Below are positions 43,486 through 53,552 of a stretch of 64,000 nt of DNA, in pieces. A model generated the notes under the pieces. It saw only the letters and a program-made list of their open reading frames with translations, had not been told where the DNA came from and ran no database searches. Every line of letters starts with the position of its first letter. Position 1 is the stretch's first letter. Source of the stretch: an uncultured Christensenella sp. (lineage in GTDB: Bacteria > Bacillota > Clostridia > Christensenellales > UBA3700); the NCBI GenBank assembly GCA_910579785.1, contig CAJTVJ010000001.1, forward strand, positions 40,732-104,731. Direction: 5' to 3'. The position numbers and the translations under genes were made by a program.

Positions 43486-46400
43486 ATGTCGAAAGAAATC
43501 GTAGAGGAAAATCCATATATAAACACTGGCATATTGTTAGATAATGCACCAAAAGAAAGCGATGATTATGAGATTGAGGCAGAAATATTGGATTTACAAG
43601 TAAAGAATGCTGGAGTTAACAATATTGCAGTAGTTGCACCATATGGTGCTGGAAAGAGCAGTGCAATAAATACCTATCTTAATCGTTATAGAAAAAAGGG
43701 CTTTTTTCAGCCAAAACATATTCAAATATCTTTGGCAGATTTCAATAAAGACGATGAAACAAAGAATGAATCTGCAAATGAGGATGAAAATGCAATAGAG
43801 CAAAGCATATTGCAACAGTTATTATATAGTCAAAAGAAACATAGATTACCTAATTCAAGTATACAGCGAACAAATAAATCCCGTCCTATTGTAAATTTGG
43901 TATTTGCATTTTTAGCTGCGATTTTTTTGCTGTCTTTAATCACATTGATATTTGAGTTATGTGGTAATGGAATATTTGTTGGGATTTTTAAAAATACATC
44001 ACTTGTTAAACCAATTGCGGTAAGTATAGTGGCAATAAGTCTAGTGATTTTATTGGCATGTTTTATAAAGATGGGCAAATTAAAGAGCGTTAAATATAAG
44101 GAGTTTGAAGTTAAAATTGATAGTAAAGAAAAAAACAAAGAATATTCTTTGATAAATAAATATATAGATGAAGTATTATATTTTTTTGAATGTATCAATG
44201 TAGATCTTGTTATATTTGAAGATTTGGATAGATTCGATTCATTAAAAATTTTTGTTAAACTTCGAGAACTGAACACAATTATAAATAATAGCCCTAAAAG
44301 AGCAAAAAAAGTTACATTTATTTATGCAGTTAAGGATGACATGTTTGCAGATGAAAAACAAAGAGCAAAGTTTTTTGAATTTATACTACCGATAGTGCCA
44401 GTTGTTAATCCTATTACTACAGCAGATAATATTAGGGAAATTAGTGATACATTGAAAGATATAAAAAATCCACTATATTTATCTGAGCAATTTATCAAAG
44501 ATATATCTTATTTTGTTTCTGATATGCGAGTGCTGAAGAATACGTTTAATGATTATATTATTATGGCGAATAAACTGTCTGATAATAGTGAACAAAAGTT
44601 ATTATTAAAAAAAGAAAATTTATTTGCTTTGGCATTGTATAAAAATTTGTATCCGTATGATTATTCAAGATTACAAGATGGAAAAGGATTAATTCCTTTA
44701 TGTGTAAATAAAGATAATGTAGTGCAATATTTTAAGAAGTTTGTTCAAGATGAAATAGAAATATTAGAGTCTCAAATAGAAAAAATTAATAAAGAATCGT
44801 TAGAAAGTTTTAATGAATTAAAGTTGATTTTTAAAGGACAAAATTATAATAGAAATTATGAATATTTTTCTGAGATTTTGCAAGATGTAGATAAAATTTC
44901 TACATTTGAAAATATTACGAAATTAAAACATCCCAATTATACAAGTTACTCCAATTATGGTGTTAATTTGCATAGTCTACCGAATGGTCAAACTTATTAT
45001 GAACGAGAAAAATGTATAAAAGATAAAGAGTATAAACAAAAGAATGTTTTAGAAGATAAGATAAGAGTATTATCTAAAGACGTTGATAATATTGAGAACA
45101 GCACGCTTCATACACTTATTGATAAGATGGGCATAGAAAAATATTTTTCTCAAGAAAGAATGGAAGAAATAAAACTAGGTTACAAGGAAATCGTAGCTAA
45201 TGAAATTTTCGATGGTAAAAATACAGATAAATTGCCTGAAGATAAGAATGATATAGTTTTCAATAAGCAAATGGATTTAATAAGGATGTTGATAAATAAG
45301 GATTATATTGATGAGTATTATATGGAATATATTTCAACTTATAAATCTGAAATTTCTGTAACTGATAGAGATTTTATCAGAGATGTGAAAAGGGGCTATT
45401 GTAAATCTAATAATTATCGTTTAAATAATATTAGAAATGTTATTAAAGAACTTAACGAGGAAGATTTTCTGCAAAATGCAATAATTATTAATGACATTTG
45501 CAAATCTTTGGATTTAATTAAAGAAGAAGATGATTTATATGAAGTAAAGACCTCTAAATATCATAATCTTATGAAATTATTTAATCAATGTAAAGACACA
45601 ACCATCCAATCTGTCTTAGCATTTTTATCGATAGCAGACGATAACGAAAAGACTGTATTTGCACAACATATCGTGAAAAATGCAATAAAATTTGTAGAAA
45701 AGTTATACAATTCAGTAATGAGTATGAAAGATAAAGATATTTTTGCTAATGTTATGATAAAAGAGCGAAAAGATGTTTCCCAAATGAGCATAATAAAACA
45801 ATATATCTATGAACACGAGAATTACACAAGTATAATGAAAGATATAGATTTTGATTGGCAGTGTGAATTTATTGCCAAGAATCAAATTATATTTGAAAAA
45901 TTAGATATGAGTTCTGGACGGGATTCTTTATATTCATATATAGTTGATAATAATTATTATTCTATGAGTGTTGATAATCTGAAAATTGTTTTAAATGTGG
46001 AAGAGGATTGTGAACAATTCGAAAGAAGGAATTACACTTATATCATGCAATCAAATAAAAAAGAAATAGAAGAGCGGATTGTTAATAATCTTGATTTATA
46101 TATTGAAAATGTGTATTTGAAATTATCACAATCATATGAATCGGAGGAAGTAATTGCAAATTTTTTATCTAATGAAACAATTAAAGAAGAGAATAAAATC
46201 GGTATTATAACAAAAACAGATTTTAAATTTGCAAAATTAAAAGACATTAATGAGAAATTTTATAAGCAATTGCTATTTGAAGCAAAGATAGAACCTACAT
46301 GGGAAAATTTTTTAGTTGCCTACAATGTTATTGGTTTTGACGAATCAATTAAAAAATTTATAGATAATATAAATGGCGAAATATATGGTAAATTTTCTGA

Positions 46401-47121
46401 ACTGCCAGAGGATTTAAACGTTAAAGTATTTGAAGATATTTTATCAAGTGAATTTGATGAAAATGTATTTATAGGATTGGCAAAAAGTATTGATCGCAAA
46501 TTTGTGCTGAATGAGCAATACGGTAAAAATAATAATATTAAATCATTTATATTAAATGGTTGTTTCTTATATAACAAAAATGATATGAGATTTTTAAAAA
46601 ATCCACCGAGTACTATTCCATATTTAATAGCATATCAAAATAATATCAAAGAGGAAATGAAAGATTTCTTCGGGGATATATCATTTAAACCATTGACTGT
46701 GAGAAATGTAATTGAAGAACAAATGATAAACTTGGATTTCAAAAAAGAATATATTAAATTATATGGAGATAAATTCGACATATCTGGCATAGAGGAAATA
46801 GTATCTAAATTTTTATTAGATAATGAATGTATTATTAAAGAACAATTATTATATAAATTTACCAATGTTAATATTAAGTCGGGAGTGAAAATGAATTTAT
46901 TGTTGCTGACGATAAAAAGTAGTAAAATCGATAATTTAAGCAAATTCAAAACATATTTTTGTTCAATCGATGAAAAGTATAAAGATCTTTGGAATAAGAA
47001 TAAGAAAATAAAATTGGAGAATACTAATGAAATTCGTTCGATAGTTGGGTTTATGAAAAAAATAAATTTGGTTAATAGTTATACAACCAGAGATAAAATT
47101 ATTCATGTAAATTGTAGTTGA
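43486..47121 (+). CDS. YobI / KAP-family P-loop NTPase with membrane insertion
   Basis: 1211 aa. Walker A VVAPYGAGKSS. Two TM helices follow the P-loop (LVFAFLAAIFLLSLITLIF, IAVSIVAISLVILLACFI). Walker B DLVIFEDLDRFD. The C-terminal region is long and helical. Confidence 0.7.
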   Translation: MSKEIVEENPYINTGILLDNAPKESDDYEIEAEILDLQVKNAGVNNIAVVAPYGAGKSSAINTYLNRYRKKGFFQPKHIQISLADFNKDDETKNESANEDENAIEQSILQQLLYSQKKHRLPNSSIQRTNKSRPIVNLVFAFLAAIFLLSLITLIFELCGNGIFVGIFKNTSLVKPIAVSIVAISLVILLACFIKMGKLKSVKYKEFEVKIDSKEKNKEYSLINKYIDEVLYFFECINVDLVIFEDLDRFDSLKIFVKLRELNTIINNSPKRAKKVTFIYAVKDDMFADEKQRAKFFEFILPIVPVVNPITTADNIREISDTLKDIKNPLYLSEQFIKDISYFVSDMRVLKNTFNDYIIMANKLSDNSEQKLLLKKENLFALALYKNLYPYDYSRLQDGKGLIPLCVNKDNVVQYFKKFVQDEIEILESQIEKINKESLESFNELKLIFKGQNYNRNYEYFSEILQDVDKISTFENITKLKHPNYTSYSNYGVNLHSLPNGQTYYEREKCIKDKEYKQKNVLEDKIRVLSKDVDNIENSTLHTLIDKMGIEKYFSQERMEEIKLGYKEIVANEIFDGKNTDKLPEDKNDIVFNKQMDLIRMLINKDYIDEYYMEYISTYKSEISVTDRDFIRDVKRGYCKSNNYRLNNIRNVIKELNEEDFLQNAIIINDICKSLDLIKEEDDLYEVKTSKYHNLMKLFNQCKDTTIQSVLAFLSIADDNEKTVFAQHIVKNAIKFVEKLYNSVMSMKDKDIFANVMIKERKDVSQMSIIKQYIYEHENYTSIMKDIDFDWQCEFIAKNQIIFEKLDMSSGRDSLYSYIVDNNYYSMSVDNLKIVLNVEEDCEQFERRNYTYIMQSNKKEIEERIVNNLDLYIENVYLKLSQSYESEEVIANFLSNETIKEENKIGIITKTDFKFAKLKDINEKFYKQLLFEAKIEPTWENFLVAYNVIGFDESIKKFIDNINGEIYGKFSELPEDLNVKVFEDILSSEFDENVFIGLAKSIDRKFVLNEQYGKNNNIKSFILNGCFLYNKNDMRFLKNPPSTIPYLIAYQNNIKEEMKDFFGDISFKPLTVRNVIEEQMINLDFKKEYIKLYGDKFDISGIEEIVSKFLLDNECIIKEQLLYKFTNVNIKSGVKMNLLLLTIKSSKIDNLSKFKTYFCSIDEKYKDLWNKNKKIKLENTNEIRSIVGFMKKINLVNSYTTRDKIIHVNCS

Positions 47122-47168
47122 ATATTGTGAGATTAACTTAAAAACTAATCTTTGCAATTACTAGTTGC

Positions 47169-47663
47169 TTAGTTATTAGTTGCATTTCTATTTGACAATT
47201 CTTTAAGAATAGGTAAAATTATATCAAATAATTGACAACATTCATTTATCCTCTTGCCAAGGAATCCTGTTGGTTTATTTTTTTCATGAATATAACGCCA
47301 AAAAACAAAAGTATCGGAAATGTCATCTAGGTATTTGACAAAATCTTTCTTACAATTTATTTCCGTCTCATAATTTAATTTCGTAATTTCTTGTGAAATT
47401 TTCGTTTCTAATTCTTCTTGTATTTTCTCGTCAAGTTTATCATATAAAAATTTTAAATTGTGGTTTTTGGTTTTTTCATTTATCATATTTTTGAAATACA
47501 ATTCACATGCAAAACTAGCATTAACTATCGCTGGTACATTGACAGCGTAGCCTACAGTACGACCATAATCATCACGATGAATGTTTTGTGGTTTAATACA
47601 TCTTTTATAAGCTTCAAAAAAGTCGTCTGCAATTTTAATTATTTGCACATCAAAATCATACAT
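47169..47663 (-). CDS. small helical protein (HEPN-like candidate, low confidence)
   Basis: 164 aa. SFACELYFKNMI...HNLKFLYDKL and FWRYIHE are reminiscent of HEPN-type helical bundles, but no canonical Rx4-6H motif is present. Confidence 0.35.
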   Translation of the reverse strand: MYDFDVQIIKIADDFFEAYKRCIKPQNIHRDDYGRTVGYAVNVPAIVNASFACELYFKNMINEKTKNHNLKFLYDKLDEKIQEELETKISQEITKLNYETEINCKKDFVKYLDDISDTFVFWRYIHEKNKPTGFLGKRINECCQLFDIILPILKELSNRNATNN

Positions 47664-47865
47664 AGTAGTTTCCCTGCCTGAGTCGTTTCTTATATAATTA
47701 TAATTATAATTTAATTAGTTGAAAAAATCAAACATATAAGTAATTCAGTAAGTGAACTGCCCATTAGTATTTCTTTTTTGACATTTCCAAGCAATAGGAG
47801 ATGTTGGTTTTGGAGAACAAATATTTTCGTATAGGCAAACTCCGAAATAATCTCTTGCAAAGAAA

Positions 47866-47897
47866 AATACGAACTCATCTAGCCGTGGGTTCGTATT
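47866..47897 (-). terminator. rho-independent terminator of tRNA-Ser
   Basis: AATACGAAC / GTTCGTATT is a 9-bp stem. On the minus strand it is followed by TTTTTCTTT. Confidence 0.7.
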
Positions 47898-47906
47898 ATT
47901 CACTTG

Positions 47907-47996
47907 TGGCAGAGAGTGAGGGATTTGAACCCTCGGAACGGTTTCCCGTTCACACGATTTCCAATCGTGCGCCTTCGACCACTCAGCCAACTCTCT
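47907..47996 (-). tRNA. tRNA-Ser (anticodon GGA), class II with long variable arm, encoded CCA
   Basis: Minus-strand sequence: AGAGAGT-TG-GCTGAGTGGTCGAAGGCG-CACGA-TTGGAAA-TCGTG-TGAACGGGAAACCGTTCC-GAGGG-TTCAAAT-CCCTC-ACTCTCT-G-CCA. Acceptor, anticodon, variable and T stems all pair. Confidence 0.9.
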
Positions 47997-48426
47997 ATGT
48001 GTTATTAAGTTTAACGAGATAATATTAGCATAGTTTTGGGGCTTTGGCAAGTAATTCTTTGAAGAATATCAAAGTAAACTGCATGGAGTTTAATATTTTT
48101 TGCAGTTAATTTAAGGCAAGGAAAGACAGAGGTCAGTTGAAGGTGTATATTAAATGTCAGATTAAATAAGTTTGAAGATAATTTAGTTTTAGGAAATAGA
48201 ATTTGATAAGATTGAGAAGTTGCAGCTAATTGGAAATTAAAGTATTATTAAATTAAAGGAAAAGTATTGAATTCCCAAGCGCTTTATTGTATACTTTAAC
48301 TGCAAAAGATAAAGGGGCGCAGGCTTTTTGGACGAGAGTTATTGCTGATATGGCTGTCTAAAATATACAGTTTTGTATGCGTCGAAGGTAGTGGCAAAAT
48401 CAAATGAAGGGATTGGAGAGGGAAAG

Positions 48427-49134
48427 ATGCGAGCGTTGATAATTGAAGACGATAAGCCGTTGTCTGACACGTTGTGCAGAATGCTTGGCAGCATTGCCGA
48501 GACTGACGCTGCGTATGACGGCGAGAGCGGATTGGAAAAGATTTTGACACAGGAATACGATATAGTCATACTTGATATTATGCTGCCCAAGATGAACGGC
48601 GACGAGGTGTTGCGAAACGTGCGCAAGCATAAACTGACGCCGATAATAATACTGTCGGCGATAGGTATGTTGGAGCGCAAAGTGGAATTTCTCAACATGG
48701 GTGCGGACGATTATATGGTCAAGCCGTTTTCAAGGGAAGAATTGTTGGCGCGAGTGCAGGCGACGATGCGCAGATACCACAGAGATTTCGGCGCGCTGAG
48801 ATACAAGCTTGGAGATTTTAATATAGATTACAAGAGCAAGACGGTCACTTACAAGGACAAGGTTTTGCCTGTCAGCGGAAAGATGTACGAAGTGTTGGAG
48901 ACGCTTGTCAAAAACAAGGAGATCACAGTCACAAAGCAGCAGTTGTTTGACAGCGTATGCGGATTTTACAGCGAGACGATACAGACTGTCATAGAGGTGT
49001 ACGTATACCGCCTGCGCAAGATATTGGCAGATATAGGTATGAGCGAGTGTTTGCAGACGATAAAGACGGTCGGATATCGCTGGCGAGAGGGCTTGATAGC
49101 CGAAAAAGTGCACGGGAGGGGGTGCCATGAGTAG
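48427..49134 (+). CDS. OmpR-family response regulator
   Basis: Receiver domain: MRALIIEDD...DIVILDIMLPKMNG...K. C-terminal winged helix: LRYKLGDFNIDY...EVYVYRLRKIL...TVGYRW. ATG at 48427 behind GGAGAGGGAAAG. Confidence 0.9.
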   Translation: MRALIIEDDKPLSDTLCRMLGSIAETDAAYDGESGLEKILTQEYDIVILDIMLPKMNGDEVLRNVRKHKLTPIIILSAIGMLERKVEFLNMGADDYMVKPFSREELLARVQATMRRYHRDFGALRYKLGDFNIDYKSKTVTYKDKVLPVSGKMYEVLETLVKNKEITVTKQQLFDSVCGFYSETIQTVIEVYVYRLRKILADIGMSECLQTIKTVGYRWREGLIAEKVHGRGCHE

Positions 49135-50359
49135 ACAGATAATCACGACCAAGAGCTGGAAATACAGAGCTTGGATAGCCGGATTAGTAACGTTTGCAGT
49201 GCTTCTCATCTTGGGTATAGGCATCGTAGCGCAGGCTATGGAAAGCGGAGATAAAGTTGCAGACAAGACGATGCGCGACTATGCAAAACAACTCAAAGAG
49301 GCGTCGAGCCAATCGCTTTGGGAGCTAGTAGGCGACGGGGAAAAGAGCGACTTGGTATTGAGCCGCGAAAACATAGACGTGATAATTTACAGAAGACGTC
49401 CTGACGATACGGCGGGGTATTATACGTCCAACGCATATCTTGTTCAGCACACGTCTGATATGCCTTTGATGATGGAAAAGCTGACGGACGAAAAGATAGG
49501 CGACCACAACTACAAGACTTTTACGTTTAAGTATGTAGAAGGCGAGTACGTAAAGCTGCTTATGAATGCAGATTTGCTGACGCCTTATGACAAGCTTACA
49601 AATTTTATATGGTACTTTCCCGTTGCGTTTGTTTTGATTATGGGCATATATACCGCGTTTGCCTTTTTGATGGGACGTCCTGTGGTGCGCGCGATAAAAC
49701 AGCAGAAAGAATTTATACACGAGATGACGCATGAGATACGCACTCCGCTGACTGTGATACGCGGAAATATGGAGAACGCATTGGCGACGCCGGCTTCGAC
49801 AGTCGAGCAGGTGAGCGACCTTTTGGAAAGCACGATAGAGGAAGCGGAACATATCAACACGCTCTCGCAGGATTTGATGCGCAGCGTATCTACGCCGTCG
49901 GTCAAGACTGTGAAAAAAATAGACGCGGCGGATATCGTATCCAACGTCTTAGAGGTATACAGCGAGATAATAGGCGAATCAAATCGCACTCTCATTGCCA
50001 ACATACAGTCCGTTGACGTCAATATCGAAGGTGAGAAGCTAAAACAGCTTTTGATAATATTGTTAGAAAACGCAGTCAAATACACGCGCAACGGCGACAG
50101 GATAAAGGTGTCGCTCAAAAAGGCTGACAATTCCTGCGTGCTTTGCGTTGCCGATACGGGAATAGGAATTGCCGACGGCGACGAGGAAAAGATCTTTGAA
50201 AGATTTTATCGCGGAGAGAATGCGAAAAACAAACCAGGTACGGGTCTAGGACTTGCAATCGCGCGTACTATTACCGAAGAAGTCGGCGGCAGAATATATG
50301 CCAACCACAATATCCCAAGCGGCATATTGATCACGGCTGTATTGCCTGAGCGGAGGTAG
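49127..50359 (+). CDS. sensor histidine kinase
   Basis: Two TMs. H-box HEMTHEIRTPLTVIRG. HATPase motifs NAVKYT, DTGIGI, GTGLGLAI. The gene overlaps the response-regulator stop. Confidence 0.9.
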   Translation: MSRQIITTKSWKYRAWIAGLVTFAVLLILGIGIVAQAMESGDKVADKTMRDYAKQLKEASSQSLWELVGDGEKSDLVLSRENIDVIIYRRRPDDTAGYYTSNAYLVQHTSDMPLMMEKLTDEKIGDHNYKTFTFKYVEGEYVKLLMNADLLTPYDKLTNFIWYFPVAFVLIMGIYTAFAFLMGRPVVRAIKQQKEFIHEMTHEIRTPLTVIRGNMENALATPASTVEQVSDLLESTIEEAEHINTLSQDLMRSVSTPSVKTVKKIDAADIVSNVLEVYSEIIGESNRTLIANIQSVDVNIEGEKLKQLLIILLENAVKYTRNGDRIKVSLKKADNSCVLCVADTGIGIADGDEEKIFERFYRGENAKNKPGTGLGLAIARTITEEVGGRIYANHNIPSGILITAVLPERR

Positions 50360-50362
50360 AGC

Positions 50363-53300
50363 ATGTTGCAAAGACGGCGGTTGTTGATATTGACGATATT
50401 TTTATTGACGGTCGCGGCATGTCTTTTTGCGGCGTGCGACGGCTCGTATATCAATAAGGATAAGTTGCCGCTCAAACCGTGGCAGGATTATATCGCCGAC
50501 GTATCCAGAGCGATAGACCTGCAATATATCAACATATCTGCGCAGCAGCCGATAGCGATGGAGATGAGCTTAAACGCTCTCGATAATCAAGCACAAGAGA
50601 GGTATGAATGTTCGCTTACGCTCAACTTGGATAAATCGTCGAGAGACGCTCAGCAAGGGGCGTTTAAAATAATAAAGAAGACCGACAGTCAGCGCAAAGT
50701 AATGCTAGACGTGTTTAACGACGGGGACAAACTGTATTGGTGCAAGTGGCAAAGCGACGCGGGCAGTTATGAAAAAACGGTGTTTGAAAATGCGCCTTTG
50801 ATCTATTCGTTGCAAGAGGTTTTTGGCGCGCTTGGAGCAAACGTCGATTATTCCACTCCCGGGATTTTGTTTGAGTCTTTGGCAAACGTATTTTTTACTG
50901 ACGGCGGCGTAATGAATGCCGAAGGTGATGAGTATGTCTTTGATTTTGATTTAAAAAAGGGTTTGAGTTCTGCCTTTACAATAAATATGTTTGAAAATTT
51001 GCCTCAGGTATTGCAAAAGGCGTTTTTCTCAATAGCCAAAGTTGACAGCTATGACGATATGCTGGCAAAGACGCCGTCTTTAAAAGGAAGCGTACATATA
51101 AAATTAAAGGATAAACTTATTGAGAGAGTTTATTGCGGCAATCTTGAATATATTGACGCAAGCGGACACGCGCGCGTGCTGAGTATAGATATGCCTTTGA
51201 TTCGCGTAACAAACGGAAGAGTCGATTTGTCTTCAAGCGCGCCTGAGGGAGATTACGGCGACGGCAGATTGACCGATATGACTGTGACAGGCAAGGTGAA
51301 GTTTGAAAATTCCCATCTTGAAAAGGTTGAGATGCAATATGATTATCAGTTAAATGCTAAACTAGACGTATTGCAGCTTCTTGCCGACGGAGGCGATATC
51401 AACTCGCTTGCAGACGACAACTTTTTCCATTTCAAAATGACACACAAATGCGATGACGGCTGCACTGCATTTTGCGCCGACAAATTAGACAAGGCAAAGG
51501 GAGCGGTGTTGGACATAGCTTTTTCGCCAAAAGATTTCGGCAATCACGACATATATATCAGTGTGGGCGCGAGGTTTTTGTTAAGTCACGGACTTATAGC
51601 GCAGTTGACGTCTCAGTTATCGACTTTGCAGCCCTTTATAGAGAGAATGCTTCCCGAATACGTTTTAGCGGTGGTGTCTGCCGATAATTTTTCAAGCAAT
51701 TCAAATATGTCTGCTCACGGCGATAAATATGACGTTAAATCTATCTTAGAAGACATACTTATGGCATTGAAGTATGAAGAGGACAGTTTATCTTTTTCTA
51801 TCGACGAGGTGATGGACATATTTGGATTTGAAGACAGTGTCGGTGATATTATCAACGGAGTATTTGAAAGCGAGACGTATTCAATCGACAGGGCGGAATT
51901 ACTGCTCGAAGACGTAAGCTGGCACGTAAGACAGTATGACGTCAAGCGAAGCGCGATACATCTTTACGGCAACGACGTGTCGGGCACCAAGCAATATACT
52001 TCGTCATTGATAAAAGCTCCCGTATTGAATTACGTAGTCGACGGCAAGGCAGTTGCCGACGGAAATACCACGGTGCAAGTCGTCGATATATTCAACGGCA
52101 TATATAAGGATGAGATACTCGCCAATGAAAACATGCCGATATGCGAAGCGGAATTTGACGACATAATAGGCTCTTACGTCAGCGCTAACGTAGAGAATAT
52201 ATACGGGGAGCAGAGCAAGCAAAATATGACGGTCATAGGTTATTCTTTGACAGACGGATTAAAGACAGGCTGGCAGGAAGTGGAATTGTATTGTTTGCCG
52301 ACAGGCGCAAGTTATGTTGAAAGATTGCTTTGGGAAAACATAGGTAAACAGGAATGGCGCAAGTGGTTGAGTCATACAGTTAAGACCCATATCTACGTAG
52401 ATACTCTTGAAGACGTGCAATTCGACGTACCGGAAAAGACCGAATATATGCAGGGGGCAAAATTTTTATCAAGCAGCAGAGAGTTGCTTGATATAGGAGC
52501 AAAGTTGACTTACGGCGGAGGCAAGACAAAAGATAGGTACGTGGGCGCAAGCAACGCGGAAGATATATTTATGTATGACACATTGGGCGCAAGATATATC
52601 AAAAGCGCGGACGACGTCATACTCAATTACTATTTATTCGGCAGATATTGCGGCGTCAAGATAGACGTCACGCCGGCGAAATCAAAAGAACTCATTGCAA
52701 AAGTCGACGAGGTGTCGTTGGAATTTTCCGGCAGGTCTTATTCTACCGAACTGTGCGCGGCATATTTTAGATGGGAACTTGCCGACGCAACGAATACCGA
52801 GGTCAGATTGCCTCTTGACAATCTGAAAATCAACGGATATGCTCTGAATGAAGCCAACGACTATTTCTATATCGACCCTATATCCGAACGTCTTGGCGTG
52901 ATATTTAAGAAACCGGGAAGGTATACGCTGTCGTATACTTGCGACGGTTTGAGCATAGACGTGCCTTTGGTGCTTACTCCCAAAGCGCAGGAAGAGGACA
53001 AGAGCGAGTACGGAATTGATTTTGTCGATTCTCTCAAAGACAATTACTTTATAGGATATGCTTATAATTTCAGGACGGAGATATTTAATCTTTATCACGG
53101 CGAAGTGGGCGCGATCAAGGAGCTCAAATTTGAGATAAGAAAGGGCAGCGTCAACTCGTCGGGAGACTTGACGTACGGCAGGATTGAAGAATCGCAAGAG
53201 TATTTTGAGATACAAAGCGTCACGCTAGACGGCAAGGATGTGACTTTGCCCTATCAGTTGGAGTTGCCGCCTACCGTATACGGAAGCATACCGCTGAGTT

Positions 53301-53401
53301 TGAAAGTCAAGTTTATACAAAGCGGATATTACAGGCTGATTTTTATGCTGGGAGAAAAGACGTGTTCTTGCGATATATACGTATCGTCGCCTAACGTTTG
53401 A
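50363..53401 (+). CDS. large lipoprotein of unknown function (paralog of 53553..57305)
   Basis: 1012 aa with lipobox LFAAC. It shares the block LDIAFSPKDFGNHDIYISVGARF with the next large protein. Confidence 0.7.
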   Translation: MLQRRRLLILTIFLLTVAACLFAACDGSYINKDKLPLKPWQDYIADVSRAIDLQYINISAQQPIAMEMSLNALDNQAQERYECSLTLNLDKSSRDAQQGAFKIIKKTDSQRKVMLDVFNDGDKLYWCKWQSDAGSYEKTVFENAPLIYSLQEVFGALGANVDYSTPGILFESLANVFFTDGGVMNAEGDEYVFDFDLKKGLSSAFTINMFENLPQVLQKAFFSIAKVDSYDDMLAKTPSLKGSVHIKLKDKLIERVYCGNLEYIDASGHARVLSIDMPLIRVTNGRVDLSSSAPEGDYGDGRLTDMTVTGKVKFENSHLEKVEMQYDYQLNAKLDVLQLLADGGDINSLADDNFFHFKMTHKCDDGCTAFCADKLDKAKGAVLDIAFSPKDFGNHDIYISVGARFLLSHGLIAQLTSQLSTLQPFIERMLPEYVLAVVSADNFSSNSNMSAHGDKYDVKSILEDILMALKYEEDSLSFSIDEVMDIFGFEDSVGDIINGVFESETYSIDRAELLLEDVSWHVRQYDVKRSAIHLYGNDVSGTKQYTSSLIKAPVLNYVVDGKAVADGNTTVQVVDIFNGIYKDEILANENMPICEAEFDDIIGSYVSANVENIYGEQSKQNMTVIGYSLTDGLKTGWQEVELYCLPTGASYVERLLWENIGKQEWRKWLSHTVKTHIYVDTLEDVQFDVPEKTEYMQGAKFLSSSRELLDIGAKLTYGGGKTKDRYVGASNAEDIFMYDTLGARYIKSADDVILNYYLFGRYCGVKIDVTPAKSKELIAKVDEVSLEFSGRSYSTELCAAYFRWELADATNTEVRLPLDNLKINGYALNEANDYFYIDPISERLGVIFKKPGRYTLSYTCDGLSIDVPLVLTPKAQEEDKSEYGIDFVDSLKDNYFIGYAYNFRTEIFNLYHGEVGAIKELKFEIRKGSVNSSGDLTYGRIEESQEYFEIQSVTLDGKDVTLPYQLELPPTVYGSIPLSLKVKFIQSGYYRLIFMLGEKTCSCDIYVSSPNV

Positions 53402-53423
53402 TTTTATCAGTTTTTGACATAAT

Positions 53424-53460
53424 AAATGCCGCCGATGCGAGGGCGGCATTTATTTTTTTT
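53424..53460 (+). terminator. rho-independent terminator
   Basis: AAATGCCGCC ... GGCGGCATTT is a 10-bp stem followed by a T-run. Confidence 0.85.
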
Positions 53461-53552
53461 CGACAATATTAAAAAAAATTTTTACAATTCAGTTAGAATT
53501 CAGTTTGCCTCCACAAAATGATAATAGGAAATACTCATATAGGAGGTAAATT

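Larger units (their letters stand above)
21991..47860. mobile_element. AT-rich composite genomic island abutting the 3' end of tRNA-Ser
   Basis: By eye, both DNA and protein composition (K/N/I-rich) are strongly A/T-biased from ~22.0 to ~47.7 kb relative to both flanks. The content is accessory (sigma regulon, RiPP, conjugative-element-type genes, KAP NTPase). It ends at a tRNA. Confidence 0.6.

Noticed and set aside
47745-48050. ORFs of 101 and 73 aa on both strands
   Set aside because: They overlap the tRNA-Ser gene and its terminator, so they are artefacts of the ORF scan.
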